Source: an uncultured Gemmatimonadales bacterium
GTDB taxonomy: Bacteria; Gemmatimonadota; Gemmatimonadetes; Gemmatimonadales; Gemmatimonadaceae
DNA length: 64,000 bases
Direction of reading: 5' to 3'
Assembly: GCA_963701965.1 (NCBI GenBank)
Contig: OY969695.1
Location: forward strand, 3,904,001 to 3,968,000
The notes under the pieces were generated by a model that saw nothing but the letters and a program-made list of their open reading frames with translations, did no database searches and was not told the DNA's origin. Each line of letters opens with the position of its first letter. Position 1 is the first letter of the stretch. This document shows positions 42,647 through 52,262 of this stretch, piece after piece. Both the position numbers and the translations under genes were made by a program.

Positions 42647-43765
42647 GTGAGCATCTCCTGGCGTACGGTCAGGTTCTCGATGCGATCGGCATCCACGGTC
42701 ACACCGAGACCGGGTCGATCGAGTGGTACGTGCACCATTCCTTCGGCGTCCATCGTCCACTCCGGCGTGACGACGTCACGTTCCCAATATCGCGCGCTGG
42801 GACTCAGGTCGCCGGGCAGTGAAAAATTGGGCAATGAGGCCAGCGCCACGTTGTACGCCCGCCCAATGCCGCTCTCCAGCATGCCGCCGCACCACACCGG
42901 GATGTCCGAGCGCTGACACAGATCATGAATCGCGCGCGCGGCGGCGAAGCCGCCCACGCGGCCGGGCTTGATATTGACAATGCGGCCGCTGCCGAGGGTG
43001 ATCATGTCCTCGGCGCGGTCGAGGCTCGTGATCGACTCGTCGAGGCACAGGCGCGTCCGCAGGCGCCGTTGGAGCGCGGCGTGCCGCACCAGATCGTCCT
43101 GGCCAAGCGGTTGCTCGATCATCAGGAGATTGAACGCGTCCAGCTCCGCCAGGTGATCCGCGTCGCCAATGGTGTAGGCCGAGTTGGCGTCGACCATGAT
43201 GTCGGCCTGGGGCCCAAGCGCGTGGCGAACGGCGGCCACGTAGGCGAGATCTTTGCCCGGCGCGATCTTGAGTTTGATCTTCTGGTAGTGCGCGTCGCGC
43301 GCGGCGCACGCGCGCGCGACCAAGGCGTCGGGCGTGGCTTGGATGCCGAGGGAAATGCCCGTGACGACGCGGTCGCGGGTGCCGCCCAGGAGACGAGAGA
43401 GGGGCACGTCCGCGCGCAGCGCGGCGAGAGCCCAGGCGCCCATCTCCACCGTGGCCTTCGCCATGTTGTGCCCGCGGAAGTCGCGATCGAGCGCGACCGA
43501 TACGTGCGCAGGGTCGGGAAACGCGGTGTGGAGGACGCGGGGCGCGATCCATTCGCGGATCGCGTACCACGCCGTGTCGATCGTCTCCGCCGTGTACATT
43601 CGGTTGGTCGAACGCGACGCATTCGGCCCAGACCGAGGCGCCGTCGCCATCGGCGATCTCCAGCACGAGAATGCGGCGCTCGCTGACGACGCCGCACGAG
43701 ATGCGGAATGGTTCCTTGAGCGCGAGGCGGATCTCGCGGAGGGCGAGCTGTTCGATCTGGAACAT
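42643..43765 (-). CDS. o-succinylbenzoate synthase / N-succinylamino acid racemase (apparent frameshift at about 43599)
   Basis: KIKLK, VDAN, IEQP, LDES, NIKPGRVGG, WCGGMLESGIGR, PGDLS. Confidence 0.88.
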
Positions 43766-43770
43766 GAGCG

Positions 43771-44548
43771 TCAGGTTCGGGACAGCAGGTAGTACGCGTG
43801 TTGGGTCGCCTCGTCCCGGAGCAGGGACTCGACGCGGAAACCGTGGGCCAGCGTCCATTGGAACGCCGGGCGCGTGCGGGTGCGCCAGGCGGCCGCCGCA
43901 GGCGCGTCGGCGCGGAGGACGGCGCCAATGTCGAGGGGGATGGCGATGCGGACGTGCGTGAGGCCATCCAACGCCGGGTTGTCCACCGGCTCGGGACCGA
44001 CGAGCGGCGCATCGGCATCGGTGGCCGAGGCGCGCCGGGGGCGGGGGGCGCCCGTGAGGTCCCAGGAGACGATGAGGCGGTCCGTGTCGTTCAGCCCTTG
44101 GAAGAGCGCCGAGTGTGCGGCACCGTACATGTTCGGCACGTACTCGACGACGTCGACGCCGAGGCGATTCAGATTCAGGTGGGCGTTCTTGGCCTGGAGT
44201 GGGTCGAACGTCCAGTCAGATGCGCCGGACGCCGAGCGTGCACAGCACCTGGCGCTGGTATTCCTTGAGCTGTCGCCCGATACCGCGATTGCGCGCCGTC
44301 TCGCGGACGCCGAGCTGGTGGGACCAGTGGACGATCTCGCCGCGCTCGACGCCGGTGAGGCCGAAGATGAACCCGAGGAGCGTACCGTCGGTGTCGAAGG
44401 CGCCGGCGGCAATGCCGCCGACCTTCTGCACGATCTTGAGAATCACCGTGGGGACGACGTCCGAGTAGTCCGCGCCCCACACCGCCTGCTGCAGGGCGAC
44501 GCAGGCGAGCTGGTCCTGGGTCGTTTCCAGCGGGCGGATGATCGTCAC
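43771..44548 (-). CDS. GNAT N-acyl(succinyl)transferase (apparent frameshift at about 44217)
   Basis: LQQAVWG, WSHQLGV, GIGRQLK, then WTFDPLQAKNAHLN..LG, NMYG, TDRL. Confidence 0.82.
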
Positions 44549-44589
44549 GGCGTGCGTGCCGCTGTGAAGGTGGCTTGACGGGGAGCATC

Positions 44590-44608
44590 GCTGTATACAG
44601 CAAGTATA
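44590..44608. promoter_or_regulatory. Putative GntR operator next to a minus-strand -10 box
   Basis: Perfect palindrome GCTGTATACAGC (44590-44601); TATACT on minus strand 44608-44603; divergent from the GntR gene. Confidence 0.6.
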
Positions 44609-44661
44609 CCTGGAAGGCCGCCGTTTAGCCGATATTATACGGTATCCCTTCCCGTTACCCG

Positions 44662-45393
44662 ATGCCGAGTCGCTCAACAATCCGCACATTGGCGGCTCAT
44701 AAGCCGGGTCGTGGCGATCGGACGGCGTACGCGTATACGCAACTGAGGGAGATGATCGTGCATGGCCGGCTCGCGCCGGGCATGCGGGTCATCGAGAACA
44801 ATGTGGCCGCGCTCCTGGACGTCAGTCGCACCCCCGTCCGGAGCGCGCTCCATCGACTGGAGCAAGAGGGCTACATTGTGAGCGCCGGTTGGGACAACGA
44901 GCGCCGGCTGATGGTGGCGCCAATGACCGAAGCCAATGTGCGCGAGCTCTTTCAGATCATCGGCGAGGTCGAAGGTCTCGCGGCGCGCCTGGCGGCGAAA
45001 CGGCCGCCCAAGCAACGGGCGGCCCTCAGCGCCCGCCTGCGGAAGATCAATGAGGAGCTGGCGGTCATCGAGCGGGCGGCGCGTCTGGACCCGGTCCGTT
45101 ACTTCCAGCTCGACCTGACATTCCACCGGACGTACGTCGAGGCCGGCGCCGGCCCGCGGCTCCTGGCGCTGCATGACGCGATCAAGCCACAGTCGGAACG
45201 CTACAACCACCTGTACACGACCGCCCTGACGGCGGCCGCCAAGATGTCGGTCGTCGAGCACGAGGCGATCATCAAGGCGATCGAGGCCGGAAAGGCCCCG
45301 GCGGCCCACGTGGCCGTGCAGCGGAACTGGTGGCACGCCGCGGCGCGCCTGGGGAGTGTGATCGCGTCGCTCAATGAGCAGGGGCCGTGGTAA
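44662..45393 (+). CDS. GntR family (FCD) transcriptional regulator
   Basis: LAPGMRV, VSRTPVRSAL wHTH; FHRT, EHEAII. Confidence 0.92.
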   Translation: MPSRSTIRTLAAHKPGRGDRTAYAYTQLREMIVHGRLAPGMRVIENNVAALLDVSRTPVRSALHRLEQEGYIVSAGWDNERRLMVAPMTEANVRELFQIIGEVEGLAARLAAKRPPKQRAALSARLRKINEELAVIERAARLDPVRYFQLDLTFHRTYVEAGAGPRLLALHDAIKPQSERYNHLYTTALTAAAKMSVVEHEAIIKAIEAGKAPAAHVAVQRNWWHAAARLGSVIASLNEQGPW

Positions 45394-46644
45394 TCAACCC
45401 GCTCGCTGAAAGACCAAGGACGCGTTGATCCCGCCGAACCCGAACGAATTGGAGAGCACGTAGTCGACGCGCCGTGGCCGGCCGGTCGCGGGGATGTAAT
45501 CGAGATCGCACGAAGCGTCGGCCTGTTCCAGATTGATCGTGGGCGGCAGCCACTCATGCTGCAGGCTGAGCGCGCAGATCGCTGCCTCGATGGCACCCGA
45601 TGCGCCGAGGGCATGACCGTAATAGCCCTTGGTGCCACTCACCGGCATGCGATACGCCCAGTCGCCGAACACCTGCTTGATCGCCGCCGTCTCCGTCGGG
45701 TCGTTGAGTGGCGTCGAGCTCCCATGCGCATTCACGTACCCGATCTCCTGGGGCGTGACCTCGGCGTCTCGAAGGGCCAGGCGAATCGAGCGGGCCGCCT
45801 GCTCTCCGGAGGGGAGCGGCGCCGTCATGTGATACGCATCATTGGTCGTGCCGTAGCCAATGATCTCGGCGTAGATCGGCGCGCCGCGGGCCACCGCGCG
45901 CGTGTACTCTTCCAGCACCAGCACCACGGCCGCCTCGCCCATGACGAACCCATCGCGGTCCTTGTCGAACGGTCGCGACGCATGCGTGGGGTCGTCGTTC
46001 CGCGTCGACATCGCCCGGATGAGCGCGAACGCGCCGTAGCAGAGTGGGGCCAGCGGCGTCTCGGCGGCGCCGCACAGCATGATGTCGGCGTATCCATCGC
46101 GGATCTGCCGAAAGGCCTCGCCGACCGCCATCGTCCCCGACGCGCAACTCATCGCGTTCGTCGAGTTGGGCCCCGAGATGCCGAACTCGATCGCGATGTT
46201 GCAGCTCGACGCGCCGCCGTACACGGCGAGCGCGACGATCGGGTCGACGGCGCGCAGGCCGGCGCTCAGGAAGCGCCCCAGTTGCTCCTCGGCGAACGCG
46301 ACGCCGCCCAACGCCGATCCCATCATGGCGCCGGCCCGGTCGCGATCCTCGCGCGCCAGGTCGAGTCCCGAGTCGGCCAGCGCCATGCGGGCCGCGACGA
46401 CGGAAAACTGCCCAAACCGGTCCAGTCGCTTGGCCCGCTTCGACTCGACGTGGTCACTGGCCACGAAATCCCGGACTTCGGCGGCCGTCTTGCTGCGGAA
46501 CGGCGTGGCATCGAACCGGGTGACCGGCCCGACGGCCGATCGCTCGCCGCGGAGACCCTCCCACAAACCGTCCCGCGTGAGGCCAATTGGTGTCACGGGG
46601 CCGATGCCCGTGACGGCCACGCGGCGGCGGCGGCCGTTATTCAT
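45394..46644 (-). CDS. Beta-ketoacyl-ACP synthase II-like ketosynthase
   Basis: VAVTGIG, MSCASG (Cys), NAHGSST and GHALGASG (His, His), SNSFGFGG. Confidence 0.9.
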   Translation of the reverse strand: MNNGRRRRVAVTGIGPVTPIGLTRDGLWEGLRGERSAVGPVTRFDATPFRSKTAAEVRDFVASDHVESKRAKRLDRFGQFSVVAARMALADSGLDLAREDRDRAGAMMGSALGGVAFAEEQLGRFLSAGLRAVDPIVALAVYGGASSCNIAIEFGISGPNSTNAMSCASGTMAVGEAFRQIRDGYADIMLCGAAETPLAPLCYGAFALIRAMSTRNDDPTHASRPFDKDRDGFVMGEAAVVLVLEEYTRAVARGAPIYAEIIGYGTTNDAYHMTAPLPSGEQAARSIRLALRDAEVTPQEIGYVNAHGSSTPLNDPTETAAIKQVFGDWAYRMPVSGTKGYYGHALGASGAIEAAICALSLQHEWLPPTINLEQADASCDLDYIPATGRPRRVDYVLSNSFGFGGINASLVFQRAG

Positions 46645-47154
46645 GCGCCCTCTCCGCGCTCAGCCACAGCGGCCAGGCCCGCCAGAGTGCGCGATGCGAT
46701 GCCGTGCACGAAGATCGGTCCGACCACGGCGCGCGCGGCCACCGGGCCGATGACCGGCCACGGCGGCCCGTTCCAGACGTGCGTGATGCGTACGTGCGTG
46801 TGGCGCGAGTCGGCCAGCGGTTCAAACGACCAGAGAACGTCCATGCCCGTGGTAATACCCTCAATGTGACGGAACCGGATGGAGACGTCGAGATCGTCTC
46901 CACCCTCTCCCCGACACGTTTTCATTCTCAGATACCCACCACGTTGGCCAATTAATCCATCCGCCCCCGAATGGACGGTTCGCGGACATCTCTACAATGT
47001 CCCGGTTGCGAAACCGGACGAACCGATAATGCGGCAGCAGAGCCGGCCAACGTTCAACGTCTCGAGCTAGTGCGAATATTCGTGCCCGCGGCGCGCGAAC
47101 GACCAATTCGTCGATGACCGTCATGCGACGGTCGGTAGGCATGGGTCCGATCAT
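46641..47154 (-). CDS. SRPBCC/polyketide cyclase-like protein (apparent +1 frameshift at about 46925)
   Basis: IFALARDVERWPALLPHY, VEMSANR, WWVSE then MKT..IRFRHIEGITTGMDVLWSF; ATGA-coupled at both ends. Confidence 0.78.
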
Positions 47155-47867
47155 GGCGAGCCCGGAGACCAGCTCGCGGTAATGCGGAATCCCGGATGCC
47201 GCCGGACACTGGCCGCACACCCCGTCGCGTTCTGGATCACCGCACCGAGCTCGTCCGGAGAAAATCCGCGCCGGATCGAGACCATACCGTCGTGCCGGCT
47301 CACGGGATGAAATCCCAACACGAAGGACGAGAGCCACAAGCCGACAATGGCGAGCTCGGATCGCACCAGGTCGCTCACGATGACGCGGACGCGGGCTACG
47401 CGGTCGAGCTCCTGTACCAGGCGCCGGGCGTCATCCCCAAAGAAATGGTGGAGCACCTGGGAGCAGATGACGATGTCCACACTGCGATTGGCGAAAGGCA
47501 AAGCACGACCATCGCCCACCACCGCCGTGGTGGTGTCGGCTCGCCCTGCCGCCGCCAACCATTCCGCCGCTTCCAGCCCAATGGTCTGCAGCCCGACGCC
47601 ACTGCGGGCCGCCATCTCCCGGGCGCGCTTCGGGATGTCACCGAGACCGGTGCCGACGTCCAGCAGTGACGCGCACCGCGGGAGTCGTGGCAAGCGTGGC
47701 AGGGTGTCCGAGAGCTCGGACAGCACCGCCCGGGTGCCTCCGAACAAGGCGTTGGCGAGCGCGACGTCGCGCAGCGAGCGACGCGCCAGCCCGGGATCGA
47801 TGTCCGGGTCATCCAGTACTTCGACCCCTTGGGGCCGTCGCTCACCGTTCGATCTGTGCGTACCCAC
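47151..47867 (-). CDS. SAM-dependent methyltransferase (start uncertain)
   Basis: EVLDDP, NALFGG, LLDVGTGLGD, SQVLHHF, DLVRS, HDGMVSIRRGF. Confidence 0.85.
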   Translation of the reverse strand: MGTHRSNGERRPQGVEVLDDPDIDPGLARRSLRDVALANALFGGTRAVLSELSDTLPRLPRLPRCASLLDVGTGLGDIPKRAREMAARSGVGLQTIGLEAAEWLAAAGRADTTTAVVGDGRALPFANRSVDIVICSQVLHHFFGDDARRLVQELDRVARVRVIVSDLVRSELAIVGLWLSSFVLGFHPVSRHDGMVSIRRGFSPDELGAVIQNATGCAASVRRHPGFRITASWSPGSP

Positions 47868-48318
47868 CTCGGTAGTACAGCAGCGGCGTCGCCGCGCGGG
47901 TCTCCGCGCGCTCCACCTCTCCGATGAATATGGTGTGGTCGCCGCCCGGAATGGCTTGCGTCAGTCGGCATTCGAGGAAGGCGAGTACGTCGTCGAGGAT
48001 CGGGGCGCCCGACGCGCCGCGCGAAAACCCCACGCCCTCGAACCGATCCGTCTCGGGCGCCGCGAATCGCCGGCCGATCGCTTCCTGTGCCTCTGACAGA
48101 ATGTTGACGGCGAAGTGCGTCGCGGTCTCGAGCGCGGGCAAGAGCGACGCGTCGTGGTCGATGCACACGAGCACGAGCGGCGGTTCCAGGCTGAGCGAGG
48201 CGAACGCGTTCACCGTCAATCCATGATCCTGCGCCTGGGCGTCGCGGGCGGTCACGACGGTGACCCCAGTTGCGAAGCGGCCCAGCACGCTGCGAAACGC
48301 ATCGGGGTCGAGAGTCAC
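47842..48318 (-). CDS. Flavin reductase family protein
   Basis: FRSVLGRFATGVTVVT, SLSLEPPL, GGDHTIFIG, PLLYYRGGY. Confidence 0.93.
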   Translation of the reverse strand: MTLDPDAFRSVLGRFATGVTVVTARDAQAQDHGLTVNAFASLSLEPPLVLVCIDHDASLLPALETATHFAVNILSEAQEAIGRRFAAPETDRFEGVGFSRGASGAPILDDVLAFLECRLTQAIPGGDHTIFIGEVERAETRAATPLLYYRGGYAQIER

Positions 48319-49520
48319 GAGGCGAGCAGTTTGAGCAGGTAAGAGGGGCGGAGGACCTCCCGTGCCGGCACGAAGTCGCCGGCGACGCCCACCAGCAGAT
48401 CGGCCATGTCCGGGTGCCGGGACAGCGCCAGGGCCGCGCGGTTCATGACCGCCGGATAGTGGACGGCGACACCGATGGCCCGTTCGACCAACCACTTCGC
48501 GCCGAACTCGTGCTGCCGGCAGCGCTCGTACGCCGCGAGCGCGATATCCGCGCGCCGTGCCGTCGTCGCGCGCGCCGCTTCCACCGCGTACGGGAGCACG
48601 AGCTCCCCGCCACGCAGGGCGGCATAGATGCCCTCGCCGGTAAACGGGTCGAAGAAATCGGCGGCGTCGCCCACGAGGGCTGCCCCCGGCGCCCACGCTC
48701 TCAGCGCATGCTGCGCGAATGGTCCGGTCACCCGCACTGGCGAGACGCGCGTCGCGCCGTCGAACCGCGGCGCCAGGTGGGGGCGGCGGGCCAGCCACGC
48801 CTGGAGGAACGCCGCCGGCTCGCCGCGGATGAGCCGCGCCGAACGCGCGGGCACGACGAGCGCGACGTTCGTCGCGCCATTCCCCACATTGGCGAGCCCC
48901 ACGTAGCCATCGCGTTCCACGTGCATCTCGCCGCAGGCGCCGATGCGCGACACGCCCCGGTAGTGCGTCACCAGCGCGATCCGCCGCGGCCAGGCGCGCG
49001 CGTGGGCCAACTGCAGCCGCCGCGCGACCGTCGATCGCAGCCCATCGGCGCCCACGACGAGGCGCGCACGCATCGTCCCCGTGGCTGTCGTGACTCCCAC
49101 GACCCGGCCGCCGTCTCGCCGCACGTCCATTACGCGGACGCCTTCGGCGACGCGCGCGCCCAAGGCGCGCGCGCGAGAGAGGAGCAGGGCGTCGAGATCG
49201 TATCGCCGCAAGGCCAGGCCCCGATCGCGAAAACCGCGGAAGCCGTGAGCGGCGGCGAATTCCCCGTGGATCTCCGCGCCATTGGGCGCGCGCACGACCA
49301 TGCCGGACAGCTGCGCGGCGCCGAGGGCTTCCGCGTGCTCGAGCGCGCCCATGTCCGCGAGGATACGCGAGGCCTGCGGACTCAAGTACTCGGCGCACGC
49401 CTTGTCGCGCGGAAAATTCGCCCGGTCGAGCACCAGGACGTCGACGCCGGCGCGCGCCAGTGCCCACGCGGTTGCCGCCCCCGCCGGTCCACCGCCCACG
49501 ACAATGACCTCGGCTTCCAT
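48315..49520 (-). CDS. FAD-dependent oxidoreductase (geranylgeranyl reductase/monooxygenase-like)
   Basis: VGGGPAG, FPRDKACAE, GADGLRS, VGDAADFFDPFTGEGI. Confidence 0.88.
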   Translation of the reverse strand: MEAEVIVVGGGPAGAATAWALARAGVDVLVLDRANFPRDKACAEYLSPQASRILADMGALEHAEALGAAQLSGMVVRAPNGAEIHGEFAAAHGFRGFRDRGLALRRYDLDALLLSRARALGARVAEGVRVMDVRRDGGRVVGVTTATGTMRARLVVGADGLRSTVARRLQLAHARAWPRRIALVTHYRGVSRIGACGEMHVERDGYVGLANVGNGATNVALVVPARSARLIRGEPAAFLQAWLARRPHLAPRFDGATRVSPVRVTGPFAQHALRAWAPGAALVGDAADFFDPFTGEGIYAALRGGELVLPYAVEAARATTARRADIALAAYERCRQHEFGAKWLVERAIGVAVHYPAVMNRAALALSRHPDMADLLVGVAGDFVPAREVLRPSYLLKLLAS

Positions 49521-50317
49521 CAGCGTGCGATCCCTCCCCAGACACTGGCCGCCGCGCCGAGGGCGCTACTCACGGTGTTGACGCCATTGTTCGTAAGCCA
49601 CGGGACCCCGCCCACGACCGTCGTCGCGGCGCCGCAGGAGTGCACGGCACGTTCCGTCGCCGCCCCACATTTGGCGCACCATCGCCGCGCTTGTACGGTC
49701 GCTCCCAGGATCGAGTCCACGGTCGATCCGATTACACCGCCCACCACCGCGGCGATGGCTATCAAAAGCGGCCAACGCATCGCGACGGCCGTTCCGGCCA
49801 CAAAAATGGCGCCGGCGACCGCGGCCAGCGTGCCCGGGAGACTCACGCCACCAGATGTGCCGGGCGGCACGACGCGACCCGTACGAATCGAGCGCGGCCG
49901 GGTCGCCACCAACGTGCCGACTTCGGTAGCCCACGTGTCGGATGTCGACGCGGCCAGCGCCCCGGCGCCCAGCGCCTGCCAAACCGGCGCGGGATGGACG
50001 ATAAACGCGACGGCGCAGGCCGTGAACACACCGCCGTTGGCCAACACCTGGACGGCGTCCCGCGCGCCGCCTTTCGCGACGACCGATCCGGTGCGCGCGT
50101 CCTTTACCGCGCGGCCGAGACGCGAGAGGAGCGTGGACGCGAGAAAGAACGCGATCAAGAGCGCGCCCCAGTCCCAGCCGGCGGCCACGCACAGGGTGCC
50201 GACGATCGTGGCGCACGCCGCACCGGTCGCCGAGAGCGCGTGTGCGCGCCGCGCGGCGAGCGCGATGGCGAGCGCCACGACGAGTCCACCCGCGGCACGG
50301 ATACCGAGCGCGCTCAC
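49520..50317 (-). CDS. DUF92 (TMEM19/VTE6-like) membrane protein
   Basis: RDAVQVLANGG, DTWATEVG, PPGTSGGVS, DSILGATVQ, NNGVN. Confidence 0.9.
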   Translation of the reverse strand: MSALGIRAAGGLVVALAIALAARRAHALSATGAACATIVGTLCVAAGWDWGALLIAFFLASTLLSRLGRAVKDARTGSVVAKGGARDAVQVLANGGVFTACAVAFIVHPAPVWQALGAGALAASTSDTWATEVGTLVATRPRSIRTGRVVPPGTSGGVSLPGTLAAVAGAIFVAGTAVAMRWPLLIAIAAVVGGVIGSTVDSILGATVQARRWCAKCGAATERAVHSCGAATTVVGGVPWLTNNGVNTVSSALGAAASVWGGIAR

Positions 50318-50387
50318 GCTCCAAGTATAACGGCGCTCAAGTCCGCTTGAATGCGCTGCAGCGCGGCCTTAGCTTCGCACCATCGGT

Positions 50388-51014
50388 ATGCCGCCATCGA
50401 CGGTCGACGCCTTACTCCCTCTCAGTTTTCTCGAAGCCGTTCGGAACGTCGACTCCCCGCAGGACGATCTGGAAGCGGAACTCGTGCCGGAGTTACGGAA
50501 CAAGCGCCTGGGCCTGAGCGAAACGGTCTATGCGCAGATCCGCCGGTATACGGCCGCGGCCAAGCGCAGCCATCGCACGCCTCAAGAGGAGGCGGTGGCG
50601 CTGGCGCGCCTCATTGGCCGCCGGTCCGACGCGGCCGAGGTCTTCGAGTCGGCGGGCCGCATCCTGGCTCGCGAGTCCTTGGCGACGACGTCGCCCATGA
50701 CCCGCCAAGTCATCCTCGTCCTGCCATCGCTCCTCGCCCGACCGCTGGCGCTCCGTCAGGCGCGGCGGATCGCGACGCGGTTCCTGAACGGCACGATCTC
50801 CCGGGTCGGCAGCGCCCTGGTCCTCGACGTGCCGGTGTCGGTGACGCTCGACTCGGCGCCCAACGAACGCGGTTGCGCGTACTACGAATCGGTGCTGCGG
50901 GAGCTCGTGCGCCTGCTCGTCGGGGGCACGGGCGCCGTGGAACACGTGCGGTGCGCCAGTCGGGGCGAAGGCACGTGCGAGTGGCGCGCCGAGTGGCGCT
51001 CGACGGAGCGGTAG
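50388..51014 (+). CDS. Hypothetical protein with V4R-like C-terminus
   Basis: GCAYYESVL...EHVRCASRGEGTCEW three-Cys pattern. Confidence 0.65.
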   Translation: MPPSTVDALLPLSFLEAVRNVDSPQDDLEAELVPELRNKRLGLSETVYAQIRRYTAAAKRSHRTPQEEAVALARLIGRRSDAAEVFESAGRILARESLATTSPMTRQVILVLPSLLARPLALRQARRIATRFLNGTISRVGSALVLDVPVSVTLDSAPNERGCAYYESVLRELVRLLVGGTGAVEHVRCASRGEGTCEWRAEWRSTER

Positions 51015-52187
51015 TTGCTGAGCCCGGCCACGCTTCCCGCGATCCAGTCCGCGCTCGCCGAGATGGGCGTCGACGGCTGGCTGCTGTTCGATTTTCGCGG
51101 GGTCAACCCGATCGCCGCCGCCGTCATCGGGCTCGACGGCTTGGTGACGCGCCGGGTGTTCGCGTTCGTCCCGGCGACCGGCGCGCCGGTGGCGATCACG
51201 CACGCGATCGAGCAGGGGCCGTGGTGGCGATGGCCCGATGGCTGGGGGCGGGAGGTCTACAGCGGGTGGCGCACGCTGGAGGCGGTGCTGGCGCGGTGTG
51301 TTCAGGGGAAGCGGGTGGCCATGGAGTACTCGCCCGGCGATGGCGTCCCCTATGTCGACCGCATCCCAGCGGGGGTGCTCGACATGGTCCGGGCGGCGGG
51401 AGCGGAGGTCGTGTCGTCCGCGGATCTGGTCACGCGCTTTTATGCCGTGTGGACACCGGCGCAGATCGCCGACCATAGCCGCACGGCCGAGATCCTGGCC
51501 GCGGTGGCGCACGAAGCGATCGCGCTGGCCGGGGCCCAGAAGATGACGGAATACGCGCTCCAGCGCTGGATCCTGGAGCGCTTCGCCCGCGCGGGATTGG
51601 TGACGGACCACGGTCCGATCGTGGCGATCGGTCCCAATGCGGCCAATCCGCACTACGAGCCGGCCGAGGAAAGCGCGGCGGCGATCGATCGTGGGGATGT
51701 GCTGCTGATCGATCTGTTCGCCAAGGCCGCTGGCGGCATCTACGCGGATCAGACGTGGATGGGCGTCCTCGGCGCGCCTGACACCCGGACCATCACGGTG
51801 TGGGACGCGGTGCGCGATGCGCGCGACGCGGCGATCGCACTCCTCGGCGCCCGGATCGCCAGCGGGCAGCCCGTGCGCGGCGGCGAAGGGGATGATGCGG
51901 CGCGGGCGGTGATCACCGCGCGCGGATTCGGCCCGCACTTTACGCATCGGACCGGGCATTCGATCGACGCGTGGGATTTGCATGGCTCCGGCCCGAATCT
52001 CGACAACCTGGAGTCCCGCGACGACCGCTTGCTGCTTCCGGGTTCGGCGTTCTCGATCGAACCGGGCGTGTACTTGCCCGGCACGCTGGGCGTCCGCAGC
52101 GAAGTCAATGCGATCGTGCCCGTTTCGGGAGCGACGAATCTGCTGATCACGCCCGCGGCGCCGCAGCGCGATCTCATTATCGCCTGA
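51015..52187 (+). CDS. M24 (Xaa-Pro) peptidase
   Basis: ANPHY, LIDL, YADQT, HRTGH, SIEPGVY, RSE. Confidence 0.9.
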   Translation: MLSPATLPAIQSALAEMGVDGWLLFDFRGVNPIAAAVIGLDGLVTRRVFAFVPATGAPVAITHAIEQGPWWRWPDGWGREVYSGWRTLEAVLARCVQGKRVAMEYSPGDGVPYVDRIPAGVLDMVRAAGAEVVSSADLVTRFYAVWTPAQIADHSRTAEILAAVAHEAIALAGAQKMTEYALQRWILERFARAGLVTDHGPIVAIGPNAANPHYEPAEESAAAIDRGDVLLIDLFAKAAGGIYADQTWMGVLGAPDTRTITVWDAVRDARDAAIALLGARIASGQPVRGGEGDDAARAVITARGFGPHFTHRTGHSIDAWDLHGSGPNLDNLESRDDRLLLPGSAFSIEPGVYLPGTLGVRSEVNAIVPVSGATNLLITPAAPQRDLIIA

Positions 52188-52262
52188 CGCGCCGCCTATA
52201 GTCGCGAGAAGTCGCCTCCCGGGGCCGCGCCTGTGCGCGGCGCCGGGCGGTAGTCTCCCGGG

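Noticed and set aside
42643..43765. Assigning the gene symbol menC
   Set aside because: No men genes are nearby and the GNAT neighbour favours a racemase role; left unnamed.
34292..47154. A pseudogene island or programmed frameshifting in the split genes
   Set aside because: Each break is a single-base change with no further decay or slippery heptamer, and gene coupling is intact. Sequence error at a shared motif is more parsimonious, though it is unproven without reads.
47830..47867. A tenth frameshift at the methyltransferase start (a GTGA-coupled start would need one more base)
   Set aside because: An in-frame GTG at 47867 exists, so a frameshift is not required; left as an uncertain start.
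52188..52262. Possible ncRNA or riboswitch in a GC-rich hairpin (CCGCGC-ctgt-GCGCGG)
   Set aside because: Short stem expected by chance at this GC content; no recognisable family features or U-tract.
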